64,000 nt of DNA from an uncultured Actinomycetes bacterium (GCA_963729375.1 CAVSNP010000008.1:60540-124539), one strand, 5' to 3'. Positions 18,176 through 27,877 are shown, numbered from the stretch's first letter. Made by a program: numbers and translations. The notes: generated by a model not told the origin, from the letters alone.

Positions 18176-18589
18176 CTAGCGAAGTGGAGGTCGTTCGGCT
18201 TCTCGGGATGCCTCGCGGAGTGCGGCTAACGCACACAGGTCAAGGGCGACGGCGGGCGATGCGATCAATGAGGAGACGAGACCGCGTGCGCCGGTCGTGC
18301 GTGTGCTCGCTAACCCTGCACCGACATCCAAGACATCGCTCAATAGCCCCGCTGCGATCCACCGCCGCAACTCGCGCGTCGATCCCGCGCGAAGAGCGCT
18401 CACGGTCCCGTATCCGAGCGCGAGGTCGCGAATGCCGACGGTCCGCATCAGCAACGTCATCGAGGAGCCCGGCGGGATGTTGTTTTCCCAACGCAGGAAC
18501 CTGGTCGGTGATCCTCCCAATGCGAGCCCAGCGCAGAGTCGTACGCCTCCGATGGCCATGACCGCGACACGCAGTCGTCGCCTGCTCAT
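18176..18589 (-). CDS. hypothetical membrane protein
   Basis: ORF 18176-18634; possible start at 18589 (MSRRRLRVAVMAIGG). Hydrophobic segments present; no family recognised. Confidence 0.4.
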   Translation of the reverse strand: MSRRRLRVAVMAIGGVRLCAGLALGGSPTRFLRWENNIPPGSSMTLLMRTVGIRDLALGYGTVSALRAGSTRELRRWIAAGLLSDVLDVGAGLASTRTTGARGLVSSLIASPAVALDLCALAALREASREAERPPLR

Positions 18590-18750
18590 CGTCGGCGTCC
18601 CGACGCTGACTTGTGGGACCCATGCCAGCCACAAAACGCGAACAACGGATCAGGTTCCATCTCGACAGGTTGCCCGCTCCGACGATGTTCGTGCGAGCGC
18701 GAATCGGCAGACCGGTGGGGAGACCTCTGGGAAGGACCGACACGGCGGAG

Positions 18751-19281
18751 TCAATTGGCACCGAAACGGGCGACGTACTCCAACGCGAAGCCGTGCCGAT
18801 CGATCAAGCTGTATCCGACGGTCTCGAACAACGGTGACAGCCGGCTCAAGGCGATGAAGTCGCTGTCTCGACGGGTCTCGGCGACGGTCACGGTCGCGTC
18901 GCGTCGGCAGATCCGACGAATCTCGTGGACGCATGCCTGCTGATCCGGGACTTCGCCGAGCACAGCCACGAGCAGCACCGCGTCAAAGGACTCGGCTGCG
19001 AAAGGTAACGACAGCGCGTCGCCCTGAACGGCTGAGACGTTCGTGGCGTCTGCAGTGCGTCGTCGAGCGAAACTCAGCATCGCGGCTTGGAGATCGCACA
19101 GGACCAGCGAGCCCTTCGAGACCGCGCTCGCCAGATCGACGCTGAAGTAGCCGGGGCCGGAGCCGATCTCGAGGACTCGCATCGTCGGCGCCAGGCACAT
19201 CTGGCGCACGACGCGACGTGGCGGCTGCAACAAGCGCCGCGCGGGATTGAGAAGCTGGCGGGCCTTCGACGCCGGGTACAC
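18751..19281 (-). CDS. class I SAM-dependent methyltransferase
   Basis: 'MRVLEIGSGPGYFSVDLA' (motif I), 'VSAVQGDALSLPF', 'FDAVLLVAVLGEV'. GTG start; the N-terminus is uncertain. Confidence 0.8.
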   Translation of the reverse strand: MYPASKARQLLNPARRLLQPPRRVVRQMCLAPTMRVLEIGSGPGYFSVDLASAVSKGSLVLCDLQAAMLSFARRRTADATNVSAVQGDALSLPFAAESFDAVLLVAVLGEVPDQQACVHEIRRICRRDATVTVAETRRDSDFIALSRLSPLFETVGYSLIDRHGFALEYVARFGAN

Positions 19282-19454
19282 CTTGCCGCGTTCGAGGCCG
19301 ACCGATCTGTCGAGTCGCTGCGCGTCATCTATCGATCCACACGGGTGTCGTCACATCGTCATGCTGGCACGACTCGTTGGGTGTCGGGTTGTGCTTGCCG
19401 GGCTGTGATGCATACCTTTGGTTCTGGTTGTTTTACTGAGGTGGGGGCAGTGCG

Positions 19455-21560
19455 GTGAGACTGTCGATTGGTCGGCGTTTTCGTGCGCGGGGCGGGTGGC
19501 CGGTGTCGGGCCTGGTCGCGGCGGGGCTGGTTGCGGCGGTTGTGGTGCCAGTGTCGTTGGGTGTGACGGCGATTGCGGCGTCGGCGGGGGTGCCGAACCC
19601 GGTCGTGACGGGTCCTATTACTGCGAGTTGTAACCCGAAGTGTCCGGTCCTTCTGGGTTTGGCGTCGGGGATCCATACGCCGCCTGAGTTCGACGGGCAG
19701 ACCGTTTCATCCGATCTTGCTGCGCATGGGTACACGGAGCACGAGTATTTCTTTTCCGGGATAGCGAGCGCGTTCGAACGTGACCCGGCGGCGTCGGCGT
19801 GGGACGCGACGGGTTACTGGACGGCCGAGCCGAGTACGACGATCCCGCCCGCCGCGTATAAGAGCCGCATGCTGGTGATCGAGCCGTCGAATCCTGCAAT
19901 GTTCAGCGGGACGGTTGTGGTCGAGTGGCTGAACGTGAGCGTGGGGTTCGATGTCCCGGTCGATTACGGGTACGCACATGATGAGTTGCTGCGTAGCGGC
20001 GACATCTATGTGGGGGTGTCGGCGCAGGCGGTCGGCATAAACGGTGGTGCGCCGTTACCCGGGTTGGGTCTCAAGTCGTACGACCCAGTGCGCTACGGGA
20101 GTCTCGTGCACCCGGGCGACAACTATTCGTACGACATCTTTTCGCAGGCCGCCCAGGCCATCCGGAGTCCGGTTGGTGTCAACCCGCTGGGTAGTAGTGC
20201 GTACGTCGTGCACAAGATGATCGCCGATGGCGAGTCGCAGTCCGCGGGGCGGATGGTGACCTATATCAACGCGATCCAACCACTCGCGCACGAGTTCGAC
20301 GGTTTCTTCGTCCACAGCCGTTTTTCGTCGGCCGTCGATCTGTTTTCGCCCGGCGGAGCGGTCCCGGCTAACGCGCAGATCCGTACCGACCAGGTCCCGG
20401 TCATGGTGTTCGAGACCGAAACCGACACGGTGCCGAACTTCTCGGCACGTCAGCCTGACAGCACGAACTACCGGCTGTGGGAAGCAGCTGGGACCGCGCA
20501 CGTCGACGGGCAAAGCGAAGCGTTCATCTACACGTATCTCATCAACCAGATCCCGTCGTTAGCGTCGGCGCCTTTGGGCTGCAGCGTTGCGCTCAACGCA
20601 GCGAATGAGCGCTACCTCGTAGACGCGGCGTACTCGCAACTCCAAAGCTGGGTGAACGTCGGGACCCTGCCCAACAGTCCGCCGCCGATCGACGTAGTGG
20701 GCGGTGTGATCCAACGTGATGCGTTCGGCATCGCCAAGGGCGGGATCCGATTGCCGGAGATCGATGTCCCAACCCAGGTGACGTCGGGAGTGGGGAACAC
20801 GCCCGGTCTCTTCTGCTCCTTGTTCGGGACGACGAAACCGCTCCCCGTCCCGTTAAGTTCGCTCTACCCGAACCACGCCGCGTACGTCTCGGCATTCACC
20901 GCGGCGACGAACGCGCAACTGGCGGCCGGGTACCTGCTTGCCCCCGACGCCGCACAAGAAATCGCGAACGCGACGATCTCTTCCCCACCGACCGTTCCGC
21001 TGTCAGTATCAGCCTTCGGTGGGAACGGGACGGTTCGGGTGTCGTTCTCGACACCAGCAAATGATGGCGCGAGCGCGCTCCTGACCTACACGGCGTCATG
21101 CGCGTCGCCCAACGGCGGAACAACACGCACCCAAACCGGACCATCGAGTCCGTTCCCAGGAACAAGTTCTCTCGTCGTCGCCGGATTGACGAATGGGAAA
21201 TCGTACCGGTGCACCGTCAGCGCCCAAAACGCGCTCGGGACCAGCCCCGCATCGAAGGCGACCAGCGCGCTCACGGTCGGCGCACCCGGCCAGCCAGCGA
21301 AACCTACGGCGACCACGACAACAGCAGGATCGCTGAAAGTCACGTTCACCGCGCCCGCAAGTAACGGCGCCAAGATCACGAGCTACACCACGACCTGCAC
21401 CTCATCAAACGGGGGCCTCACGAAGGCCACGACCGGCACCAGCAGTCCAATCACCGTGACCGGCCTCACCGCCGGCAAGACCTACACGTGCACGGTGAAC
21501 GCCATCAATACCCGCGGCACCGGACCAACCTCCAGCCCGTCACCAGCCACCACCGCATAG
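19455..21560 (+). CDS. secreted alpha/beta-hydrolase-like protein with C-terminal tandem FN3 domains
   Basis: Signal/anchor 'GLVAAGLVAAVVVPVSLGVTAIAASAG'. ~480-aa catalytic-like domain with a 'ADGESQSAG' nucleophile-elbow-like motif. Two FN3-like modules (20985-21557) are joined by 'TVGAPGQPAKP'. Confidence 0.8.
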   Translation: MRLSIGRRFRARGGWPVSGLVAAGLVAAVVVPVSLGVTAIAASAGVPNPVVTGPITASCNPKCPVLLGLASGIHTPPEFDGQTVSSDLAAHGYTEHEYFFSGIASAFERDPAASAWDATGYWTAEPSTTIPPAAYKSRMLVIEPSNPAMFSGTVVVEWLNVSVGFDVPVDYGYAHDELLRSGDIYVGVSAQAVGINGGAPLPGLGLKSYDPVRYGSLVHPGDNYSYDIFSQAAQAIRSPVGVNPLGSSAYVVHKMIADGESQSAGRMVTYINAIQPLAHEFDGFFVHSRFSSAVDLFSPGGAVPANAQIRTDQVPVMVFETETDTVPNFSARQPDSTNYRLWEAAGTAHVDGQSEAFIYTYLINQIPSLASAPLGCSVALNAANERYLVDAAYSQLQSWVNVGTLPNSPPPIDVVGGVIQRDAFGIAKGGIRLPEIDVPTQVTSGVGNTPGLFCSLFGTTKPLPVPLSSLYPNHAAYVSAFTAATNAQLAAGYLLAPDAAQEIANATISSPPTVPLSVSAFGGNGTVRVSFSTPANDGASALLTYTASCASPNGGTTRTQTGPSSPFPGTSSLVVAGLTNGKSYRCTVSAQNALGTSPASKATSALTVGAPGQPAKPTATTTTAGSLKVTFTAPASNGAKITSYTTTCTSSNGGLTKATTGTSSPITVTGLTAGKTYTCTVNAINTRGTGPTSSPSPATTA

Positions 21561-21582
21561 CCAACGAATCTCACGGGCGCGG

Positions 21583-21915
21583 ACGATTCACTCCGCTCGT
21601 CAGCGCCCGAGTTCCAGCGCTCGCCGACCGAGCTGCGGCGCCTCGTCGGCCAAACCTCGGCCGGCATGATCCGGATCCTGAAGAAGCTCGGCGGCCGCGG
21701 TCTCGTGCACCGTCGACCCAGCACGAGGACGGCCGCGGACAAGACGTCATCCTCACCCGCCGCGGCACGGCGCTTGCTGAGGAATCATTCCGAGCGCTAC
21801 ACGCCATCCAACAACAAATCGTCGCTCCCGTTGCCGGCGATGAGCGGCAGCAGCTGATCACGGCGCTTGACGAACTACGGGCCGCACTCAGTCAAATCAT
21901 CGACCGACCAGAAAG
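21583..21915 (+). pseudogene. MarR-family regulator fragment (5'-truncated, frameshifted, no proper stop)
   Basis: 'SPTELRRLVGQTSAGMIRILKKLGGRGLVHRRPS' continues in another frame as 'EDGRGQDVILTRRGTALAEESFRALHAIQQQIVAPV...LDELRAALSQII' (shift ~21722). The N-terminal helices are missing. Confidence 0.55.
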
Positions 21916-22003
21916 CCTGACATCTGGTCGGCTGTTTGTCGCGCGTGTTCGGGAGACGCGCTCGGACTCTTGCGCGAAGGACCGTCGAGCTCGACGTGCC
22001 GTG

Positions 22004-23095
22004 TCACCCGGTGAGGGGGTGAGCCAAGAAGAATTTCCACATGATCTGGTTGGCGGAGATGGAGAAGGTGGTCTTGCCGACGTAGCTCGCGATTGCTTGG
22101 GAGAAGGTGCTGCCGGGCCATGCGTGGCCGCCGCCGGTGATGCGGTATAGCTCGACGTTCGCGTCCGGCGGACACGCCCAGGTAAGGAGCGTTACGTCGC
22201 TCGCGATCGTGGTTTGGGTCGGTAGCTGGGTCGAGCACCGGTTGCGCTTTGCCCAGCTGGCGGTGATGTCGGGGATGGATGGGCCTTTGTTGAGCTCCGC
22301 CTTGGCTGCGCCTTCTTGCCCGAGTGTCTTGTGTGAACCGTCGGCTGCCGGGAGATCGAGTGCCTTGGGTCCGAGCCCGCCGGTGTAGGAGACGTAGGGA
22401 TCGGCTGTCCCGTGGAAGGTCACCACTGGGACCGGGCGTGTGGGTGCACATCCCTTGATGTCTTGGATGCCGGCAACGGGAGCGACCGCGGCGACCCGAT
22501 TGGAATACGCGCACGCGACGGCGGACGTCATGAAGGCGCCGTTCGAGAGTCCGGCGACGTAGACGCGTCGATCGTCGACGCACAGGGTGCGATCGATCTC
22601 GTTGAGTAGGTTGCCGATGAAGGCGATATCGGCGCCTTTGAGATCGGTGTTCCACATGGGGACGGTCGTGCCGCTTCCCTCAGGCGTGATCGTGATGAAT
22701 CGGTGTGTGTCGCCGTACGGTCCGATAGCCGACATCTTCGTCTGGATCGTCGCGCCTTCCGCGTAACCGTGCAGATCGACGATGACGGGCAGCGGCGTTC
22801 GACCGTTGTACGCAGGCGGCACGTTCCTGATGTACCAGCGGGGTGTCCCGTTTGATGTCGTGTCGACCCGTGTCTGGCCGGGCTTCACGACGGGTGCGCG
22901 GCAGCCGGTCGAGGGTTTCGCCGCGACGACGGTTGCGGTGTCTATCGTCGTGGATGTTGGCACTTGCGAGGACACAGATGTCGTTGGAGACGAGCTGCTG
23001 GTTCCTCCGCTCGAGCACGCGGCTGCGGACACGAGCATGAGCGCGACGGCAGTCGCCGCGAGCGTGTGTCCGCGTATCAGCGTCAATCGTGTCAT
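22004..23095 (-). CDS. lipoprotein, PHB-depolymerase-family esterase (LpqC-like)
   Basis: Likely ATG 23095. Lipobox 'LMLVSAAAC'. 'PLPVIVDLHGY', 'VYVAGLSNGAFMTS' (GxSxG) and 'VTFHGTADPYV' are present. Confidence 0.8.
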   Translation of the reverse strand: MTRLTLIRGHTLAATAVALMLVSAAACSSGGTSSSSPTTSVSSQVPTSTTIDTATVVAAKPSTGCRAPVVKPGQTRVDTTSNGTPRWYIRNVPPAYNGRTPLPVIVDLHGYAEGATIQTKMSAIGPYGDTHRFITITPEGSGTTVPMWNTDLKGADIAFIGNLLNEIDRTLCVDDRRVYVAGLSNGAFMTSAVACAYSNRVAAVAPVAGIQDIKGCAPTRPVPVVTFHGTADPYVSYTGGLGPKALDLPAADGSHKTLGQEGAAKAELNKGPSIPDITASWAKRNRCSTQLPTQTTIASDVTLLTWACPPDANVELYRITGGGHAWPGSTFSQAIASYVGKTTFSISANQIMWKFFLAHPLTG

Positions 23096-23422
23096 TTCAA
23101 CCTCTTGATCGAGTTGTGGGGCGAGCTCAGAGATGGATCGGAACGTGTGAGGGGCCGTTCGAGTACTTCGACAAACCGCATCGACGCGACCTCGAGGTCG
23201 GCGGTAGGTCGAAGCTCCTCTGCACGGTAGGTCTGCCTCGTCGGTGCGAGTCAACTCAGAGTCGCAATCGGGCTCTCGTCTCGGACATCACCCCGGGCAG
23301 GCCGAGATCTCGTGAACAAACGACGCTCTTCACCAGAACTGCGAACCTTCCGGCGTCTCGGTCGGCCTCGGCTGCTAGGGCCGCCCCGCACGTACCAGCG
23401 CAGCGCACGGAACCCATCCGAG

Positions 23423-23728
23423 TCAGATCGCGACGCCTTCGGGCGTTACGGCAATGTGGAACTCGATGCCGAGCACGCTCGAGAGCCGAGCGAGCGTATC
23501 GAAGGACGGGTTATGTTCGCCAGCTTCGAGGCGCGCGACGGCGGGCTGCTTCATTCCGAGCTTCCGCGCCAGCGCAGTTTGTGAGAGCTCGTGCTCGGCG
23601 CGGTACTCGACCAGGCGCACCGCGACGGCACGCGCGACCACGGTGCGCTCCCACTCCGCTCGAACGGCTGGGTGCTTGAGTTGGCGCGCGCTGACCTTGT
23701 CGCTCCCGCGCATGCTTTGCAGTTTCAC
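23423..23728 (-). CDS. XRE-family HTH antitoxin (HigA-like)
   Basis: 'ELSQTALARKLGMKQPAVARLEAGEHNPSFDTLARLSSVLG'. Lies 13 nt downstream of the toxin-like ORF. Confidence 0.8.
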   Translation of the reverse strand: MKLQSMRGSDKVSARQLKHPAVRAEWERTVVARAVAVRLVEYRAEHELSQTALARKLGMKQPAVARLEAGEHNPSFDTLARLSSVLGIEFHIAVTPEGVAI

Positions 23729-23741
23729 GTCGTGAACCTCC

Positions 23742-24068
23742 TCACTCTTCGATCTCGTCGAACCGTCTCGTCGCGGCGGCTACCGCTCGACGAAATCCGC
23801 GTGCCTTGACCGGCGCTTCCAGACCGACGTCCGCGATCACGAACGCGTCGCCCACACGTCCGTACAACGGGCGCCATTGACTCCGACCGCCTCGTGGGGG
23901 CAGCTCGCGCAGCCCCTCCGCGCCTGTCGCGCTGCTCTGGTGCGGGAACGGCAATGCCGCGCCCGCCGCCACGAGCTACTCGACGGCGTGCATCACCGCG
24001 ACTCGTTCGTTCGCCGGTAGCGCATCGAGCTCGGCCTCTACTTCGGGGTGGAGCGCCACCGTCCACAC
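23742..24068 (-). pseudogene. RelE/ParE-superfamily (HigB / Gp49-like) toxin with in-frame TAG
   Basis: Hand translation from GTG 24068: 'VWTVALHPEVEAELDALPANERVAVMHAVE*LVAAGAALPFPHQSSATGAEGLRELPPRGGRSQWRPLYGRVGDAFVIADVGLEAPVKARGFRRAVAAATRRFDEIEE'. The stop is at 23976-23978. Confidence 0.65.
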
Positions 24069-24077
24069 CTCAGAACT

Positions 24078-24093
24078 ATAACACATATGTTAT
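24078..24093. promoter_or_regulatory. inverted repeat ATAACA-N4-TGTTAT in the AT-rich leader of the TA operon (candidate operator)
   Basis: ataaca (24078-24083), cata, tgttat (24088-24093), immediately upstream of the toxin start. The local sequence is strikingly AT-rich for this window. Confidence 0.35.
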
Positions 24094-24283
24094 CGATGTC
24101 GGGGGCTCATCGAATCTCGCGTTTGATGCTCACTGAATTTCGCGTTGGTTGAGGGTGTGTTCCTCCTGGCCGGGGTCCACCGGTCAGCGCCGACAATCGA
24201 TTCGGTAGGATCACAACTCGATCCCGACGTCGAGACTTGGTCGACGGGTTGAGCGCGTTGTTTGGTTTCGAGTTCGTGTAGGT

Positions 24284-24323
24284 CTGCACCGCACGCAGGT
24301 CTGTACCGCACCCCTGTACCGCA
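24284..24323 (+). repeat. three direct copies of CTG(C/T)ACCGCA
   Basis: ctgcaccgca at 24284-24293, ctgtaccgca at 24301-24310 and ctgtaccgca at 24314-24323, about 60-100 bp from the tRNA-like fragment. Confidence 0.6.
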
Positions 24324-24326
24324 TGC

Positions 24327-24359
24327 CTGCGCAGATGTCCGCGGAGGACATCTGCGCAG
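24327..24359. other. perfect 14-bp stem / 5-nt loop hairpin
   Basis: ctgcgcagatgtcc (24327-24340), loop gcgga, ggacatctgcgcag (24346-24359). Only a weak T-run (ttt) follows on the + strand, so it is not a clear intrinsic terminator. Confidence 0.6.
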
Positions 24360-24383
24360 CGCTTTCCGCTTCGGCCGCGCGGC

Positions 24384-24419
24384 GTGTGTCGCATGTTCGA
24401 ATCATGCCGGGGTCGCTCT
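24384..24419 (+). repeat. tRNA 3'-end-like fragment (T arm + 3' acceptor strand); attR-like
   Basis: 'gtgtgtcgcatgttcgaatcatgccggggtcgctct' against tRNA-Arg 15785-15820 'gtgtgccgcaggttcgaatcctgccgagggcgctct' is 31/36 identical. No D arm, anticodon arm or complementary 5' acceptor lies upstream. Confidence 0.5.
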
Positions 24420-25122
24420 TACAATCAGCTGCCGGAGCGCTGTCGTGTAGCGAGCCAAATGGTCGACGGCACCGGATCGCAGTACGACGGTCGAAGCGCG
24501 GCCGACGTTCACCGGGAGCGGCGGAGTCCTTCTGGTCCAGATGTCCATGCCGCAAGAAGGCGGGCGCGCCTGGTCTTCGAACGATCGCGAGCAGCGGCGT
24601 AGAGCCGATGCGTCACGAGCCATTCCGTCTCAGGCATCGAGCAACGCCAGTCGCTTGCGAACGGGGGCACGACCTTGGTTGCGGCTCTGGCAGTGAAGTC
24701 ATCGCGTCCGAACTGGTGGAGCGCACGATCGAGCTCACCGCGGGTCGGCACGTAGAAGTCGGCGGGATAGTCGGCCGTGACAGTGATGCGTGCGCCCGAC
24801 GCGATCGTGCCAAGTGTGTGTCCGACTGCGCCACCCGACCCGGCGCCTGCGTCCTCAGCACCGAAGCCGGCGACATCGGCTTCGGTACAGTCACGGGAAA
24901 CCTTTGGGTCAGACCAGCCCGGCCTCGTCTTCGTTTTCAGGCCACTCACCTTCGCCACGCAATAATCACGGAACGGACGATGCCCGCGACCCACCCGTCG
25001 TCAGGCCCGCCGCACCTATGAAAGCGAATCGAAAGAGGCGATCGCGAGACTGCCTGTCGGGGTGTGGGGTGATCGCGGCGTGGCTGCCCAGCGGCGTTCG
25101 TGGCGCCCCTCATCCCGACTTC

Positions 25123-25302
25123 TTACTCCATGTCCCCAGTGGCGATCAGCGCAAAGCCTTCGCCCGGTCCGATCTCGGTCACATCCAAAATGTCGCCGAT
25201 GACGATGTTGCCGTCGGGAAGCGTCACATGGACGATCATTTCCTCGTCGGGGTACTGCGCTGCGCGCGTCTGTAAGACCGCGACCAACTCCGCGACCGTC
25301 AT
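25123..25302 (-). CDS. small acidic hypothetical protein
   Basis: 'MTVAELVAVLQTRAAQYPDEEMIVHVTLPDGNIVIGDILDVTEIGPGEGFALIATGDME' has a protein-like composition. No family recognised and the RBS is weak. Confidence 0.3.
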   Translation of the reverse strand: MTVAELVAVLQTRAAQYPDEEMIVHVTLPDGNIVIGDILDVTEIGPGEGFALIATGDME

Positions 25303-26042
25303 CTGAATCTCGTCTTTCGCCCAGCGCCTCACGATGAGGGGCAGTATCAACGTGCTGCACCATTATCGGTACCCGAAAGCGGTCGCGCCCAATCGGACCC
25401 CGCATTTGACACGTACGACGCGCCTCTGCTGAACATCTGCGAAACGGCTGAGGCCGACAGCGTTTGCACTGGCACTGAACCAGGGCTTTGGCGCCGTCCA
25501 TGATGCAGAGGTGACCAGGGCCGATCTGAGGGACACGAACGTCGCCGACGCGATCGCGACGTGGTGCCATTCGCCTTCGGTATGGAAGAAAGACGTGCCG
25601 TGACCGAACAGATAGAGGACGCCACGTTCGGCGCGATCAGCGGGAGGCAGCGCACCCGCGCGCTCCGGTCGGGATCGCGCTCGACGTGCTGCGATCGAAC
25701 AGATCGCGGTCTGGCGCGCAAGGCGGGGCCGCAACGGCACAATCGATAAGACGACGGACCCGCGGCTGAGTTTTCGCGTCATGTGCCGAGCGTCGAACTG
25801 TGGCGATGTTCGCGGTCGTGCGGCTTCGTGGACCGCGAATGGTTGGCTGAGGCCGACATCTTCCGTCCTGTTCGTCGTGAGTGCCGATCACGCGTGACGA
25901 GGGGAGCTGCGCCACGAACTTCGTGCCATTCACGAATGTGATGACGACGGTGTTCCCGGACACGAACTTCTGACAGATGCTCTCCGAGGTGTTCTGCCCA
26001 CTCAACATGACCGTTCGATGCTCGCTGCAAGTGCGGGGAGGT

Positions 26043-26243
26043 ATGAACGGGTCGAAGGCGAAGTTCCTCGGAGTGCTCGGTTTATCCGGGGACGCGACCG
26101 ACGAGGAACTCCATGAACTGACGGTGCTGATGGTCGCTCGGATGGAAGAAGCGGCGTGCGACGTCTGGACTCTTGCCACCGCTGCGCATACGCGGTGGTC
26201 ACTTGACGCCGGCGCGCGGCTGAGGGAGTCTGTCGACGTTTGA
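26043..26243 (+). CDS. small hypothetical protein with J-domain-like opening motif but no HPD
   Basis: 'MNGSKAKFLGVLGLSGDATDEELHELTVLMVARMEEAA...'. An antisense ORF (25637-26179) shares the same wobble positions, so the coding strand is unresolved. Confidence 0.25.
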   Translation: MNGSKAKFLGVLGLSGDATDEELHELTVLMVARMEEAACDVWTLATAAHTRWSLDAGARLRESVDV

Positions 26244-26283
26244 GCGGTCAGGTGCGTCCAGCAACGACCCGTGAGCAGTGTGC

Positions 26284-27514
26284 TCAGGCACCGCGGAGGC
26301 GTTCGAGGATGCCAGGGTCGAGCGCCTCTCGCGGAATCGTCTCAGGTCCGGCGAACGCACCGAGCATGAGCGGAAGGATCGCAGGATCCGTCCCCGCCAT
26401 GTTCTCGGCCAGCATCGTGCGCCGCGCGGAGCGGTTGTCAGCGTCCTCCGCCTGCGCGACCGCGAGAACATCGGCGATGAATCGCACGCGCTCCATGCGT
26501 GATGCACGCTCTTCGCCGTAGGGCGCGAACGCAGCGCTCTGGCGGGCGCCGTCCAGAATGAGGTCACGCACGATACGTACATCACGCATGGCGATCGAGA
26601 GCCCTTGGCCGATGACCGGGTCGTTGTGGCCGGCGGCATCGCCGATCAGCACGACACCGTCTGCGAACGGAGCGTCGGTCCACGTATCGTCACCGGCGTA
26701 CGTCGCGCATGGCCCAGCGGGTGTCGCGGTCATGACCTGCTCGCTCCACGGATAACACGAGACGTTGCACGCCGCGAGGAATTGTTCAGTCCCTTGCCGG
26801 CCCGAGAAGCGATGCTGTCCGGACAGGCCCGTACAGAGATACACCCGCGCGCGCCCGAGGCCTTGGTGGAACATCAAGAAGAACACGTCGCCCTCGGCGG
26901 CGACGACGTCGTGATCGTCCGGAACGCCGTCGAGACCGTCGACCAGAAGGCCCGCGATGTAGCTGATCGCCTCCTGCCGGTCCAGCGTGATGCCGGCTTG
27001 TTTCCGCACGGTCGACCCGCGCCCGTCTGCGCCGACGACAAGCGTGGACCGTAGTTCGGTCGCCTCTCCGTTCGTAACGTACGTCACCGTTGGCGAGCTT
27101 CCGAGCGCGAGGACGACGTCACGTACGCCGCGCACGACGGTTGCGCCCGCATCGGACGCGGCATCGAGCAGCGCCCGACACGCGTCCGGATGGCGGAGGT
27201 TCAGCGATCCCGGAATGTCAGAAATCATAATCGACATCGGGATATCGGCCACGTCTCCGACGCCCTCCCTGTACTGCTTCCACACCGGGGTGATGTGCGC
27301 ACCGGCGTCCAGCAAGACCTGTTCTACGCCAACCTCACGTGCTTCTTTCAGCCCCCAGGCCTGCATGCTCTCGCCACGAACGCGATCCGCGAACTCGGTG
27401 CTCGCCTCGAGCACCGTGACACCAAGGCCGGCGCGCGCGAAGCGCGAAGGCGAGGGACGCGCCGCCGATGCCGCCACCAACCACCACGACATCAGACACA
27501 TCAGCCACGACCAT
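26284..27514 (-). pseudogene. FAD-dependent aromatic-ring monooxygenase (UbiH/PheA-type), frameshift in the dinucleotide-binding motif
   Basis: A strong RBS (gaggaggggg) precedes ATG 27514. That frame reads 'MVVADVSDVVVVGGGIGGASLAFAL'; the long ORF continues 'ARAGLGVTVLEAS...HNDPVIGQGLSIAMRD'. The 1-nt shift is at ~27435-27445. Confidence 0.75.
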
Positions 27515-27877
27515 CCCCCTCCTCGCTCGTCACCACGAGATTGTGCACCCGAACCGCGGGCGGCCCTCACGCGGATGAAGCCCGAGACTCTCGCGCCCGA
27601 CGAGCTCGGCCGGACACATGCGGTGCCTGACGTCCCCTCGTGCCATATCGGATACCCCGCAACGTTGAACCGCCGAGTAGACCTCGCGAGACAATACGCG
27701 GGCGCACCCGCTCACCTTGGCATCGGCGCGCCATTCGAACTGTCCCTCGTCCGACATCGACAGAGGTTGCTTGTGAGCGTCGCACGGCTTGCGGGTGTCG
27801 TCCCACGATGAGGGCGCCCTGAGACGCCCGGAGTGTCCCAACCGCTGCCGGCGATGAACCTCCCAGTGAGCTGCGGG

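Larger units (their letters stand above)
15782..24419. mobile_element. putative decayed ~8.6-kb genomic island at the 3' part of tRNA-Arg
   Basis: An integrase pseudogene starts 100 bp after the tRNA. A 36-nt copy of the tRNA T-arm/3' acceptor plus trailing 'ctct' (31/36 identical) sits at 24384-24419. A TA module and short direct repeats lie just inside that end. Confidence 0.45.

Noticed and set aside
24100-24420. A complete tRNA or tmRNA ending at the canonical T arm (gcatg-ttcgaat-catgc)
   Set aside because: There is no D arm or anticodon arm. No 5' strand complementary to the 3' acceptor 'cggggtc' lies within tRNA or tmRNA distance on the same strand. I interpret it as an att-type fragment.
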